Positions 8,993-20,076 of a DNA stretch of 64,000 bases are shown here, in pieces. Position numbers and translations under genes: made by a program. The notes below the pieces were generated by a model that was given only the letters and a program-made list of their open reading frames with translations, was not told the DNA's origin and searched no databases. Source of the DNA: Candidatus Omnitrophota bacterium (GTDB lineage: Bacteria; Omnitrophota; Gorgyraeia; Tantalellales; Tantalellaceae); contig JBDRLO010000024.1 of the NCBI GenBank assembly GCA_043812935.1, positions 9,295-73,294 of the forward strand, read 5' to 3'. The first letter of the stretch is position 1. Each line of letters begins with the position of its first letter.

Positions 8993-11302
8993 ATGAATTT
9001 ACGAAAGACAATAACATGTTCCATGATACTAACCGGCGCTGCCGCGATGGCATCGCAGATAGTATTTTTACGCGAATTTTTAATTGTTTTTTATGGTAAC
9101 GAAATTTCAATAGGTATTATTCTTGCCTGCTGGTTGTTGTGGGGAGCTTTCGGAAGCTGGTTTTTTGGAAGGTTTTCAGACAGGATAAAAGAAAAAATAT
9201 ATGTGTTTGCCATGTGCCAGATTGCTTTGGCACTTATTCTTCCGGCAACACTTCTTGCTATAAGACTAATAAAACCGGTGATGGGAATTGCGACAGGTGA
9301 AATAATCGGGTACGCTCCGATGTTTGTGTCGGCAGTTCTTATCCTGAGTTTTTCGTGCGCTACAATGGGGTTTATGTTCAGTCTTGCATGCCGTATGTAC
9401 CGGGACAACAGCAATGCTCCTGAAACCGCGCTTGCTCATGTTTATATAATGGAGGCGATTGGCGCATTATTGGGCGGGTTTATTGTCAGCGGTTTTATAA
9501 TTAGGTTCATGACGCCTTTAAGTATTTTGTTTTTATTTTCAGTTCTTAATGTATCCGCGTCAATTGTCTTGCGTAATTCCGCGGGAATTGTTTCACATAG
9601 AAAAATTTTAGATTACACGATAACGGTTGTTTTCTTAATAACGGTTGTGGTAATGGCTTTAGGGGGATTGCGTTTATTGCGGGAATTTTCTTTGGCGCAA
9701 TTGTGGAAAGGGTTTGATGTCCTTGAATCCAGGAATTCGATTTATGGGAACATTACAGTTACAAAAAGAGGGAGGGAAACTTCTTTTTATGAAAATGGCT
9801 TGCATTTATATACGGTTCCGGATGATTTTTCTGCTGAACAGGCTGTTCATTTTGCTCTTCTCGAAAATACCGATATCTCAAGGGTGCTTTTAATCGGCGG
9901 CGGTGTCGGAGGGTTACTAAAAGAGATTTTAAAATATCCGGTTGATAGAGTAGATTACGTGGAATTGGATTCTACTATTATTGATGAAGCCGAAAAATAT
10001 CTTGATATCGCGGATGCTTCGTTTCTGAAAGACGCAAGAGTAGCCATTATAAACGAGGACGGACGTTTTTTTGTAAAAAGGACGGATGAAAAATATGATG
10101 CCGTAATAATTAATCTGGGCGATCCGTACACAATACAGCTTAACAGGTTTTATACGGTCGGTTTTTTTAGAGAATTAAATCGTATACTTTCGGATGATGG
10201 AATAGTGTCATTTTCATTAACGTCGTCCGATAATTATATCGGGGATGAATTAAAAGATTATTTGAGTTCAATATATATCAGTGCGTCAAAAGTTTTTCCC
10301 GATGTTTTGCTTATTCCGGGTGATACGGTTTATTTTTTGCTTTCAAACAAACTGAATATTTTGACCGGAGATCCGGAAATTCTTATGACGCGAATGCGGA
10401 ATTTAGGAATTGAAGCTAAATATGTCAGAGAATATTATTTGTTTGATAAACTATCAAAAGAACGCATGCAATATGTTAAAAATGCGGTCGGACAAGATAC
10501 TGACGCAAAATTGAATGAAGATTTCAGGCCTGTTGCGTATTATTACGCAACTTTATTTTGGGGAACGCATTTTGATTCTCCGTTTTTCAGAAAATTTTTA
10601 AGAGGGGTAAAAGTTAAAAATATATGGGTGGTTACGGCAGTTGTATGTTTTTTGATTATAGTATTTAGCGTTGTTGACAGAAAAAAACATGGAAAACGTA
10701 CGGTTTTATTGTCGGTAATGACGACCGGGTTTGCGGAAATAGTTTTTCAGATTGCGGTGCTTCTGTCTTTTCAGGTGATATATGGGTATGTGTTTTATAA
10801 GTTAGGTATAATTTTAACATTTTTTATGGTTGGCCTGGCTTTTGGGGGATGGATAATTTCGAGACATATGAAACATATACAGAATTACATGAAAGTTTTT
10901 AAGTGGACGCAGGTGTGTATTTGTTTTTATCCATTAATTCTTCCACCCGCCTTTTTGTTGCTTGCCAGGTCGCAGTCAGGGGGTGTTTCTTGGATCGGAG
11001 CAAATATTGTTTTTCCGCTGCTTCCGATTATTGCCGGAACAATAGGCGGCATACAGTTTCCGCTTGCGAATAGGATTTATCTTGAAAACTCGGAAGATAT
11101 AGGAAAAGTAGCTGGATTGAGTTATGGATTAGATCTCATGGGGGCATGTTTCGGGTCGCTTTTGGCTGCCGCGTTTTTAATTCCAATATTAGGTGTTTTT
11201 CAGACTTGTTTGTTAACAGCTATTATAAATGTTTCAGTTCTTACAGCGCTTATGTTAGGCCGAAAGCCGGTTTTTGCGTTGCACGTAACACGCAACACGT
11301 AG
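8993..11302 (+). CDS. Membrane-fused spermidine synthase-like protein (TM bundle + class I SAM-binding fold + TM bundle)
   Basis: Multi-TM N- and C-termini; central VLLIGGGVGG, VDYVELD, EDGRFFV, YDAVIINLGDP. Confidence 0.8.
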   Translation: MNLRKTITCSMILTGAAAMASQIVFLREFLIVFYGNEISIGIILACWLLWGAFGSWFFGRFSDRIKEKIYVFAMCQIALALILPATLLAIRLIKPVMGIATGEIIGYAPMFVSAVLILSFSCATMGFMFSLACRMYRDNSNAPETALAHVYIMEAIGALLGGFIVSGFIIRFMTPLSILFLFSVLNVSASIVLRNSAGIVSHRKILDYTITVVFLITVVVMALGGLRLLREFSLAQLWKGFDVLESRNSIYGNITVTKRGRETSFYENGLHLYTVPDDFSAEQAVHFALLENTDISRVLLIGGGVGGLLKEILKYPVDRVDYVELDSTIIDEAEKYLDIADASFLKDARVAIINEDGRFFVKRTDEKYDAVIINLGDPYTIQLNRFYTVGFFRELNRILSDDGIVSFSLTSSDNYIGDELKDYLSSIYISASKVFPDVLLIPGDTVYFLLSNKLNILTGDPEILMTRMRNLGIEAKYVREYYLFDKLSKERMQYVKNAVGQDTDAKLNEDFRPVAYYYATLFWGTHFDSPFFRKFLRGVKVKNIWVVTAVVCFLIIVFSVVDRKKHGKRTVLLSVMTTGFAEIVFQIAVLLSFQVIYGYVFYKLGIILTFFMVGLAFGGWIISRHMKHIQNYMKVFKWTQVCICFYPLILPPAFLLLARSQSGGVSWIGANIVFPLLPIIAGTIGGIQFPLANRIYLENSEDIGKVAGLSYGLDLMGACFGSLLAAAFLIPILGVFQTCLLTAIINVSVLTALMLGRKPVFALHVTRNT

Positions 11303-11435
11303 CACGTTAACTGGGGGGGGGCTCGTTGGCCGGTTACTTGCAACGTATTACGTGTAACCTGTAACGTGAGGCGTGCAGCGTGTTACGTGAAACATGCAAC
11401 GTGTAACGTGTAGCCTGAAACGTGCAACGCAACGC
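11277..11435. repeat. Bipartite degenerate 7-bp repeat array (about 4 inverted + 13 forward CGTGYAA units around a G9 run)
   Basis: ttgcacg taacacg caacacg tagcacg ... G9 ... cgtgtaa cctgtaa cgtgagg cgtgcag cgtgtta cgtgaaa catgcaa cgtgtaa cgtgtag cctgaaa cgtgcaa. Confidence 0.85.
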
Positions 11436-11445
11436 AGAATAACCC

Positions 11446-12933
11446 TGTAACACCAAAGTGATAATGTCCTATTCTACCAAAATAAGAATGTCCTATTTAG
11501 GAGATGCTATAATCGAACTCGAAAGAGGGAGGTATTATGGCGGAGGAGGACATTATCGTGATGAGACAGAAAGAATTGAATCGGTTACACGTGATACAAA
11601 AAGTGATTGAAAGAGAGCTAAAACAAGTTGAAGCGGTGGATATTTTAGGATTGAGTGGTCGGCAGGTACGAAGGATAGTAAAAAGGGTGAGAGAGGAAGG
11701 AGAAAAAGGAATAGTACATAAGTTACGAGGGAAGAAGTCAAAACGAGCAATAGCAGAGAGTCTTCGGAACAATATCATTAGAGTTTATCGTAAAAAGTAT
11801 GAAGATTTTGGACCGACATTGGCCAGTGAAAAGTTATTAGAAAGAGATAAGCTCAAAGTTAGTGATGAGACGTTGAGAAAACTGCTGATAAGAAGTGGAG
11901 ATTGGCAGAAGAAACGAAAGAGAAAGAAACACCGTAAATGGAGACCGAGAAAGCGACATTTTGGAGTTATGGTACAGATGGACGGATCGCATCATGAATG
12001 GTTTGAGGGAAGAGGATCCAAAAGTGTGCTTATGGGATATATTGATGATGCGACAAGTGAAGTATTTGCAAGGTTTTATGAGTATGAGGGCACGATGCCG
12101 GCGATGGAAAGTTTTAAGAGATATGTGAAGAAATACGGTATACCCGGAATGCTATATTTGGACAAGCATCCGACGTATAAGTCGCTAAAGAAGCCAACGG
12201 TGGAAGAACAGTTAAAAAACGAGAAGATGTTAAGTCAGTTTGAGAGAGCGTTGAAAGAGCTGGGAGTAGAAGTAAAACACGCGCATTCGCCGCAGGCAAA
12301 AGGACGAATAGAACGGTTATTTAGGACGTTTCAGGATAGAGTGATAAAGGAGATGAGATTAGCGGGAGTGGGTACGATAGAAGGAGGGAATAAATTCCTC
12401 AGAGGATATTTGCCGAAATACAACAAGCGATTTAAGGTGGACGCTGCGGAAAAAGGAGATATGCACAGGGAAGTACCTGAGTGTGTAGATTTAGAGAGGA
12501 TACTATGTAAAAAGACGGTACGTACGGTACGAAACGACAATACAGTAGCAAACAATAAAAGGCTGTATCAAATAGAAGAATATGTGGGAACAAAGAAAAA
12601 GGTGGTAGTTGAAGAGAGAACAAATGGGAAGATAGTGATAGCCAATAGCGAGAAGAAGTTGAGATACAGGGAGATAAAAGAAAGACCCGAGAGAACAGTT
12701 AAGAAACCAGCAAAACAGGACAAATTGAAAAGAAAAGTAGCATATAAGCCGGAGGAAGACCACCCCTGGAAAAAATGGATAGAAAGAGGTTATCCACAGA
12801 ATCCAAGTTATCAACAAAGAAAGAAAAAAGAAGCAAAAAAGAAAGAAAAGCTACTGCTGCTGGTGCATTAATAAAAACAAAACCGGACACTCTTACTTTG
12901 GTAAAAACCGGACATTCTTACTTTGGCTTGACA
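11446..12933 (+). mobile_element. Insertion sequence, IS1202 (formerly ISNCY)/IS481-related type
   Basis: TGT...ACA ends; left TGTAACACCAAAGTGATAATGTCC vs reverse complement of right TGTCAAGCCAAAGTAAGAATGTCC; a second internal copy of the CCAAA-n-AATGTCC/GTGTCC motif at each end; purine-rich composition unlike flanks; no target duplication found. Confidence 0.88.
11537..12871 (+). CDS. DDE transposase (ISNCY/IS1202 type)
   Basis: N-terminal HTH (LSGRQVRRI), DFGPTLASEKL, QMDGSHHEWFE, IDDAT, YLDKH, SPQAKGRIERLFRTFQDR, HPWK. Confidence 0.92.
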   Translation: MAEEDIIVMRQKELNRLHVIQKVIERELKQVEAVDILGLSGRQVRRIVKRVREEGEKGIVHKLRGKKSKRAIAESLRNNIIRVYRKKYEDFGPTLASEKLLERDKLKVSDETLRKLLIRSGDWQKKRKRKKHRKWRPRKRHFGVMVQMDGSHHEWFEGRGSKSVLMGYIDDATSEVFARFYEYEGTMPAMESFKRYVKKYGIPGMLYLDKHPTYKSLKKPTVEEQLKNEKMLSQFERALKELGVEVKHAHSPQAKGRIERLFRTFQDRVIKEMRLAGVGTIEGGNKFLRGYLPKYNKRFKVDAAEKGDMHREVPECVDLERILCKKTVRTVRNDNTVANNKRLYQIEEYVGTKKKVVVEERTNGKIVIANSEKKLRYREIKERPERTVKKPAKQDKLKRKVAYKPEEDHPWKKWIERGYPQNPSYQQRKKKEAKKKEKLLLLVH

Positions 12934-13044
12934 CAGCCGGTTATATCAGTTGGATTTTGTCCGGGATTACGTATAATGTGGCATTTTGGACACTTTTTAT
13001 TATGATTATTGTTATATAATTCGTCTTGTGTTAAAATTAGCCTT

Positions 13045-15837
13045 ATGAGTAAGTCATATATTATTGTAAAAGGAGCCAGAGAACATAATCTCAAGGGAAT
13101 AGATGTTGCGATTCCGCGCGATGCCATGTGTGTTATTACCGGGCTTTCAGGGTCAGGTAAATCATCGCTTGCGTTTGATACCATATATGCGGAAGGCCAG
13201 CGCAGGTATGTGGAATCTCTTTCCAGTTATGCGAGGCAGTTTATTGAACAATTGCAGAAACCTCATATAGATTTTGTTGAAGGGTTGTCGCCGACTATCA
13301 GTATTGAACAGAGGTCCGGAGGACGAAATCCTAGGTCAACTGTTGGAACTCAAACAGAAATTTATGATTATTTAAGAGTTCTTTTTGCGAAAATCGGTGT
13401 GCAGTGTTGTCCAAAATGCGGAAAAGAAATATCAGGACAAAGTTCGCAGGAAATTGTTGATGGGATAATAGCGTTGGGTGAAGATAAAGAATTAATGATA
13501 CTTGCTCCGTTAGTCAGGGGAAGAAAAGGAGAACACGTTGAAATTATGAAAGGGGCAAGGAAAGACGGGCTTGTTCGAATACGCCTGGACGGAAAAATAG
13601 TTGAAATTGGAGACAGAATTCCGAGTTTAAACAAAAAGGTAAAACATACCATTGAAGCGGTAGTTGACAGGATTGTTCTTAAAAAAGGTATCCGGTCGCG
13701 TTTGTCGGATTCTGTTGAAGTGGCGTTAAAACTTGGTGATGGTGTTATTATTGTGAGTTTGGCGGACAAAAACAAGGATTTTAACCGGGATATTTTATTT
13801 AGCGAGAAAAATGCCTGCGTTAAATGCGGGTTAAGTTTTGAAAAGTTGTCTCCTCGTAATTTTTCGTTTAACAGCCCTTATGGCGCGTGTCCGTTGTGCA
13901 ATGGTTTAGGTAATAAAATGCATATAGATCCGGAACTGATAGTTCCAGATAAAAAAGAACCGTTATTAAGAGCGGTTCTTCCGTGGCGGCGCGGAGGTAG
14001 AGGAATTATTTTGCATTACAGACGTCAGCTCCGCCGGTTAGCGCGGTATCATGGGTTTGATTATGATTTTCCGTTTGAAAGCCTTACAGCCAAACAAAAG
14101 CGGATGGTACTCTATGGTGACCCGGAGTCCGGGTTTGAAGGTGTTATCCCGAATCTTGAACGGAGGTTTCATCATTCGGAAAGTGATTTTATCAAAGAGC
14201 TGATAAGCTCGTTTATGTCTGTGCAGAAGTGTCCTGAGTGTAACGGACAAAGGCTGCGTTCTGAATCGCGCAATGTGTTCATTGACGGAAAAAATATCTC
14301 GGAAGTTTGTGAGATGTCTATAAAAAGCGCGGCTGAATATTTTAAAGCGTTAAACCTGGACAAAATGAGTAAAGAAATTGCGGAAGAGGCACTCAAAGAA
14401 ATTGAGTTGCGTCTTGATTTTATGAAAAATGTGGGTTTAGAATATTTAACTTTGGATAGAAAAAGTAACACGCTTTCAGGCGGAGAAGATCAGAGGATTC
14501 GGCTTGCTACGCAAATTGGCGCAGGGTTAGTCGGTGTTTTATATGTTTTGGATGAACCTAGTATCGGTCTTCACCAGAAGGATAACAGTAAACTTCTGGA
14601 TACTCTCATGGCACTCAGGGATTTAGGCAATACTCTAATTGTGGTTGAACATGATGAATTGACGATACGTAAAGCCGATTATGTTATCGATTTGGGACCC
14701 GGCGCCGGTGAACATGGCGGTGAAATTGTGGCGCAGGGCGCGGTTGAAGATATCCTGAAAAATGAAAGGTCTCTTACCGGAAAATATTTACGCGGAGATT
14801 TAAAAATTAGTGTGCCTGAAACGCGCCGGGAACGCAATAAAAAAAAACAGCTTGAAATTATTGGAGCGGCCGAGCATAATCTAAAGAATGTCGATATAAC
14901 GATTCCGTTGGGGCTTTTTAATTGTGTAACAGGTGTTTCAGGCTCGGGAAAAAGCACGCTTGTTGATGAAATTTTGTATCGTGCGTTAGCGAGAAAATTG
15001 TATAGGTCAAAACTTAAACCGGGAAAACACAAAACCATCAAAGGAATTGCGAATATTGATAAAGTTATAGTAATTGACCAGTCTCCGATCGGCAGGACTC
15101 CAAGGTCGAATCCTACCACATATACCGGGGCGTTTGATCCGATACGTAAATTGTTCAGTTCTTTGCCCGAGTCACGTATGAGAGGGTATAAGCCGGGCAG
15201 GTTTAGTTTTAACGTAAAAGGCGGGCGGTGTGAAGCGTGTCAGGGGGACGGGCTTAAGAAAATTGAAATGCATTTTTTGCCTGATGTTTATGTTGAGTGT
15301 CAAATTTGCGGAGGAAAAAGGTTTAATGACCAGACACTCGAAATAAAATATAAAGGATATACGATTTCAGATATACTTGCGCTTAGTGTTGAAGATGCTT
15401 TGAAAGTTTTTGAGAACATTCCTCCGATAAAAAATAAATTGCAGACTTTAAATGATGTTGGGTTGGGGTATATTCGATTAGGACAACAGGCAACAACATT
15501 GTCAGGAGGTGAAGCGCAGCGTATAAAACTGGCAACAGAATTGTCTAAGACCGCGACAGGTAAAACTTTGTATATACTTGACGAACCAACTACAGGGCTG
15601 CATTTCGCGGATATTCATAAACTGTTGGATGTCTTGCACAAATTGGTTTCAGCAGGGAATACGGTGCTGGTAATCGAGCATAATCTGGATGTGATTAAAT
15701 CTTCGGATTATGTGATAGATCTAGGCCCTGAGGGCGGGGATAAAGGCGGCGAATTAGTTGCTTGCGGTACTCCTGAAAAAATTGCTTCAGATAAACGGTC
15801 ATATACCGGTATGTATTTAAAAGAAATGTTAGTTTAA
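13045..15837 (+). CDS. uvrA: Excinuclease ABC subunit A
   Basis: [32 protein letters not shown], two ABC cassettes, zinc fingers. Confidence 0.98.
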   Translation: MSKSYIIVKGAREHNLKGIDVAIPRDAMCVITGLSGSGKSSLAFDTIYAEGQRRYVESLSSYARQFIEQLQKPHIDFVEGLSPTISIEQRSGGRNPRSTVGTQTEIYDYLRVLFAKIGVQCCPKCGKEISGQSSQEIVDGIIALGEDKELMILAPLVRGRKGEHVEIMKGARKDGLVRIRLDGKIVEIGDRIPSLNKKVKHTIEAVVDRIVLKKGIRSRLSDSVEVALKLGDGVIIVSLADKNKDFNRDILFSEKNACVKCGLSFEKLSPRNFSFNSPYGACPLCNGLGNKMHIDPELIVPDKKEPLLRAVLPWRRGGRGIILHYRRQLRRLARYHGFDYDFPFESLTAKQKRMVLYGDPESGFEGVIPNLERRFHHSESDFIKELISSFMSVQKCPECNGQRLRSESRNVFIDGKNISEVCEMSIKSAAEYFKALNLDKMSKEIAEEALKEIELRLDFMKNVGLEYLTLDRKSNTLSGGEDQRIRLATQIGAGLVGVLYVLDEPSIGLHQKDNSKLLDTLMALRDLGNTLIVVEHDELTIRKADYVIDLGPGAGEHGGEIVAQGAVEDILKNERSLTGKYLRGDLKISVPETRRERNKKKQLEIIGAAEHNLKNVDITIPLGLFNCVTGVSGSGKSTLVDEILYRALARKLYRSKLKPGKHKTIKGIANIDKVIVIDQSPIGRTPRSNPTTYTGAFDPIRKLFSSLPESRMRGYKPGRFSFNVKGGRCEACQGDGLKKIEMHFLPDVYVECQICGGKRFNDQTLEIKYKGYTISDILALSVEDALKVFENIPPIKNKLQTLNDVGLGYIRLGQQATTLSGGEAQRIKLATELSKTATGKTLYILDEPTTGLHFADIHKLLDVLHKLVSAGNTVLVIEHNLDVIKSSDYVIDLGPEGGDKGGELVACGTPEKIASDKRSYTGMYLKEMLV

Positions 15838-15868
15838 CGGGTTTACGCGGTAATCGTATAGAACAATA

Positions 15869-18328
15869 ATGATGAATAAAATATTTTTTAACATAGTGTT
15901 TACTGTTTTTTTGTTTGTGGCCGGTTCAGCTGTTTTGCAGGCGGAAGAAGTTTCGGTAAGGTCGGAACTTGATTTTGTCAAAAGAGCGGTTAAAGACGGG
16001 TTTTGTGATATAGCGGAAAACAAACTAAATATGCTTTTAGGCCTTAATATCTCTAAGGCAACACAGGCGGAAGCTCATTTTCTTCGAGGAAGAGTCTATT
16101 ATGAAAGAGCTTTGCCGGCAAACGCAATAGCTGAGTTTAACATTGTGATGGAAAGGTTTAATGAGAGTGAATTTACGGAACACGCTGTTTACTGGACTGC
16201 AGAGGTATATTTTAAAGAAAAAAATTATGAGCAGGCGTTGGTGTTTTATAATCTACTCGTAACAAATTATCCTGCCAGTGAATATGTCCCGTATTCTGTT
16301 TATTCGGAGGCATGGTGTTATGAAAAACTGGGCGAATATGTCATGGCAGTTGAAATGTTTGATGAAGTCTGCCGAAAATATAGCCGAACGGATTTAGCTA
16401 TAAAAGCGTTATATCAATCTGCTGAGGTGTTATACCATACAAATAAATACAAAAAGGCGCTTTTAAGACTGGAAGATTTTTTAAGCAAATACCCCGTAAA
16501 TGAACGGGTTTTTGACGCTTATTATCTTTTGGGAGATTGTTTTTATAAATTGGGAGATTTTAATAAAGCGGTTGAAAACTTTGCAAACGCGCTTAGTAGT
16601 ACTTCTAATAATCCATGGAAGGCGTTAGCGGAATATAAAACTGCCAAGGCGTATCTTTATCAGGGAAAAAGTGATTTAAGCGAAAAATGTTTTGAAAAAG
16701 CGGCTTCGGAAAGCGATGATTCTGTGATAGAAAGCGCGGCATTAATGGGCGCGGCGCAGATAAGTTTTGAAAAAGGCGATTGGGACAAAGCTTTGTCAAA
16801 GTATCGCCGGATAGTTGACGATATTCCGGATAATGAATGGACGGATGATGCGTATTATTGGATAGGAGAAGTATTGTATAAAAAAAATGAGGCTTTGGAA
16901 GCGATAAAAATTTATAACAAAGCTTTAGAGAAATTTCCAAACGGTGAGTTGTCTGAGCAAATACATTATAATCTTGCGTGGTTATATTTAGCGGTGGATG
17001 AAGAACAAAAAGCGCTGGAGCAATATGAAATTACCGTGGATGTGGCAGAGAAGGAAGATTTGGTTGTGAACGCTTTATGCAGTATGGGCGCTATTTTTTT
17101 AAGCCGGGGAAATTATGAAAAAGCGTTTAATACATATGATAAAGTACTTCGGGATTTCCCCAGGAGCATATTGGCGGATCACGCGCAGTATGAAATTGGA
17201 GTTGTTTTGGAAAAAATGGGCAGGAAAGATGCCGCGATATTGTCGTTTCAGTCGTTGATTGTGAATTTTCCAAGGTCCGCGTTACGGGATAAAGTTCATT
17301 ATCAATTGGGTCTTTTGTATGGGCAGAAAGGTGATTATGCCACAGCTGCGTTACAATTTGATCTGGTAACCCAAAAAGCGTCAAATGCCAATTTCAGGCT
17401 TGATGCGTTTTTGCAAAAAGCCAATTCTTTTTATAACGGCGGTAATTATGCTGACGCAATAAGGATTTATGAAGATATTATGAAAAGCTCAAAAGACAAA
17501 AAATCTCTTTTGAAAGCAAGGTATCATGCCGGATGGACATATTATAAAATGGGTAATCCCAAAAAAGCGTTAGAAATTTTCAAGCAGCTTATGAAAGAAA
17601 CTGACGATAAAGTTTTGGCCGCCGGCATAAAATTATGGTTCGGTGAATATTTTTACAATAGCGGGAATTTTAATAACGCGAAAAAATATTTTCAGGAAGT
17701 AATAGATGAGTTTTCACAAACATCTTTCGCCGATGACGCTGCATATTGGCTTGGCTGGGTTTTTTATGATACGGGCATGGAAGATAATGCATTAGAGCAG
17801 TTTGAGGCCATAGTTAACGAAAGGCCGGACAGCCGATGGGCGCCTCAGGCAATACTTGCGTTGGGTGATATTTATAAGAAGAAAAGCGTGTACAGTAAAG
17901 CTATCCCTCAGTATGAAAAGCTTATACAGCGGTATCCCGGCAACAGGGTAACCATAATAGCAAATACGCGGATTGGAACAATATTAAAAGATCAAAATAA
18001 CTATACTCTTGCGATTGAATATTTTAAAGTGGCGCGTACCGAAGAAAACTCCGAAATGAACGCGCAGATTCAGTTTGATCTTGCCGAATGTTATCGTAAT
18101 TCCGGAATGGAAAACAAGGCTGTTGAAGAATATCTGAAAGTAGAATATAAATACCCCGCGGGAAAATTTTGGGTGATGAGGGCTCTTTTTAAATGTGTTG
18201 AATTGTTGGAAAAACATGGGAAAGACGAAAGAGCATTTAAATTGTATCAAAAATTGTCGGAAGGTACAGGCCCTGAGGCAGAATATGCCAAAAACAGGAT
18301 TAGCCTGTATAGTTTACGGGAAAAATAA
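15869..18328 (+). CDS. Exported multi-TPR protein (CpoB/BamD-like repeats)
   Basis: Signal peptide ending LQA-EE; many TPRs of the type YPxSxxxxxAxYxxG. Confidence 0.85.
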   Translation: MMNKIFFNIVFTVFLFVAGSAVLQAEEVSVRSELDFVKRAVKDGFCDIAENKLNMLLGLNISKATQAEAHFLRGRVYYERALPANAIAEFNIVMERFNESEFTEHAVYWTAEVYFKEKNYEQALVFYNLLVTNYPASEYVPYSVYSEAWCYEKLGEYVMAVEMFDEVCRKYSRTDLAIKALYQSAEVLYHTNKYKKALLRLEDFLSKYPVNERVFDAYYLLGDCFYKLGDFNKAVENFANALSSTSNNPWKALAEYKTAKAYLYQGKSDLSEKCFEKAASESDDSVIESAALMGAAQISFEKGDWDKALSKYRRIVDDIPDNEWTDDAYYWIGEVLYKKNEALEAIKIYNKALEKFPNGELSEQIHYNLAWLYLAVDEEQKALEQYEITVDVAEKEDLVVNALCSMGAIFLSRGNYEKAFNTYDKVLRDFPRSILADHAQYEIGVVLEKMGRKDAAILSFQSLIVNFPRSALRDKVHYQLGLLYGQKGDYATAALQFDLVTQKASNANFRLDAFLQKANSFYNGGNYADAIRIYEDIMKSSKDKKSLLKARYHAGWTYYKMGNPKKALEIFKQLMKETDDKVLAAGIKLWFGEYFYNSGNFNNAKKYFQEVIDEFSQTSFADDAAYWLGWVFYDTGMEDNALEQFEAIVNERPDSRWAPQAILALGDIYKKKSVYSKAIPQYEKLIQRYPGNRVTIIANTRIGTILKDQNNYTLAIEYFKVARTEENSEMNAQIQFDLAECYRNSGMENKAVEEYLKVEYKYPAGKFWVMRALFKCVELLEKHGKDERAFKLYQKLSEGTGPEAEYAKNRISLYSLREK

Positions 18329-18342
18329 AAGGAGGAAAAAAT

Positions 18343-18975
18343 ATGTGGCAGCTTATGGTCAAAGGCGGTCCGCTGATGTTTCTGATAGTGCTGTGTTCAG
18401 TTATTGCTTTCGCAGTGGTTTTGGAAAGATTATGGCATTTATGGCGTGCAAGAATTAATACCGAAGGGTTCATGGAAGATATTGCCGAAACTTTGAAAAG
18501 AAATAAAATTATGACGGCAATTGATAAATGTAATGTTATGCCGGGTCCGATTGCGCAGATACTGAAAGCCGGGATATTGAAACATGACCGTCCGAGGCCG
18601 GAAATTAAAGAAGCAATAGAAGACGCGGGGTTACATGAAGTGCCTCGTCTGGAAAAGAATTTAGGTGTGTTGGCGACAATTGCGCACGTTGCGCCTCTTT
18701 TGGGGCTTTTAGGGACAGTTACCGGTATGGTACGGGCTTTTCAGGTTATAGAACAAAAAGCGGGGGTTATGACTCCCGTTAATCCCGGAGACCTGGCCGG
18801 GGGTATTTGGGAAGCGTTGATTACTACTGTAGCCGGACTTGCTGTGGCTATCCCAACGTATGTTGCTTATAATTTTTTAGTAACAAAAGTTGATGGTTTT
18901 GTTTTAGAAATGGAAAAAAGCGCGACAGATCTTGTTAACATATTAGGCGCGAAAAGAGACGAAGATGAAATTTAA
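18343..18975 (+). CDS. exbB: MotA/TolQ/ExbB proton channel protein
   Basis: APLLGLLGTVTGM, GGIWEALITTVAGLAVAIP. Confidence 0.9.
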   Translation: MWQLMVKGGPLMFLIVLCSVIAFAVVLERLWHLWRARINTEGFMEDIAETLKRNKIMTAIDKCNVMPGPIAQILKAGILKHDRPRPEIKEAIEDAGLHEVPRLEKNLGVLATIAHVAPLLGLLGTVTGMVRAFQVIEQKAGVMTPVNPGDLAGGIWEALITTVAGLAVAIPTYVAYNFLVTKVDGFVLEMEKSATDLVNILGAKRDEDEI

Positions 18976-19357
18976 AAGAAAAGTATTTTTGGAAAAAGGC
19001 CGGTTGGATATAGCACCTTTAATTGATGTTGTTTTCCTGCTTTTAATATTTTTTATGCTGACGTCAAGTTTTGTTTTTCAGCCTGGTATTAGAGTGAATC
19101 TGCCGAAGGCGGTTACAAGTGAAGTTTTGCATAAAGAACTGTTGGTGGTAACTATTACGGGTGAAAACAAAGTTTTTATAAATGAACGTCCGGTTAAATC
19201 GGATGAGCTTGTTTCCCGCATAACGGTAGCGGCGCGTGAAGATCAGCCGCTGTTGATAAAAGCTGATAAAGAGTCAAATTTAGGTAAAGCCATAGAAGTT
19301 TGGGATATCTGCCGTCAGATGAATGTTAAACAAATAAACATAGCTACTACACAATAG
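18965..19357 (+). CDS. exbD: Biopolymer transporter ExbD/TolR
   Basis: DIAPLIDVVFLLLIFFML, VNLPKA, IKAD. Confidence 0.9.
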   Translation: MKFKRKVFLEKGRLDIAPLIDVVFLLLIFFMLTSSFVFQPGIRVNLPKAVTSEVLHKELLVVTITGENKVFINERPVKSDELVSRITVAAREDQPLLIKADKESNLGKAIEVWDICRQMNVKQINIATTQ

Positions 19358-19380
19358 CGGTAATTATATAACAGCCAATT

Positions 19381-20073
19381 ATGAAAATAACTGTAAATAA
19401 AAGCTTATTAATAATGCTTCTGGTGTCTTTGACGGTTCATGTTTTGGGTATGAGCATGGTGACTATTATTATGCCGCAAGACATGGACAGGTTAAAAGCC
19501 TATACGCGAGTGGATTTTTTAGGAGCGGTTTTTCAGAAAACTGCTTTTGACATTATGTTGGAAAGTACGGATGCGTTTTATAAAGGCGATGTCTGCAGCC
19601 AGATAATTCAACCCCAGTATATGGAGTATTTAAGGACGCATATCCGGAAACAAAAGCCGGAGAGTAAAGAGCTGCCTGCCAATTTGGAAGATAAAATGGA
19701 CGGTACCGTAGAAAATTTTTTGAAAGGTGATAAAATTGTCCCGAAAATCTTTACAAATATTGAAACTTCAACGTTTGTAGATAGAGACGCGTTGCTTCGG
19801 GGGAAAATGCGGACAATTGTATATTCGCCTGAAAAATATTTTATCAGGTACGGGTTGTATGGAAACAAAAAATCTTTCAAAGTAAAATTCAAGGCTCTGT
19901 TAGGGGAAGACGGTGATATAAAAACAACGGAATTAATTACTACTACGGGATACCCTCAGGTGGACATGACCGCGTCAAAACTTCTACGGGAAAGCATGTT
20001 TAAATCGTCAGAAAGTATTATAGGAAAAAATGAATGGTGTGAAATTGAAGTTATACTGAAGACAGGGAGATAA
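19381..20073 (+). CDS. TonB-like energy transducer (divergent)
   Basis: N-terminal TM with SxxxH (VSLTVH); C-terminal TTGYPQVDMTA resembles TonB_C SSG...LD; follows exbBD. Confidence 0.6.
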   Translation: MKITVNKSLLIMLLVSLTVHVLGMSMVTIIMPQDMDRLKAYTRVDFLGAVFQKTAFDIMLESTDAFYKGDVCSQIIQPQYMEYLRTHIRKQKPESKELPANLEDKMDGTVENFLKGDKIVPKIFTNIETSTFVDRDALLRGKMRTIVYSPEKYFIRYGLYGNKKSFKVKFKALLGEDGDIKTTELITTTGYPQVDMTASKLLRESMFKSSESIIGKNEWCEIEVILKTGR

Positions 20074-20076
20074 GAT

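Noticed and set aside
11277-11435. Possible CRISPR array (also 20768-20831 and 35701-35790)
   Set aside because: Units are 7-15 bp with no unique spacers and there are no cas genes
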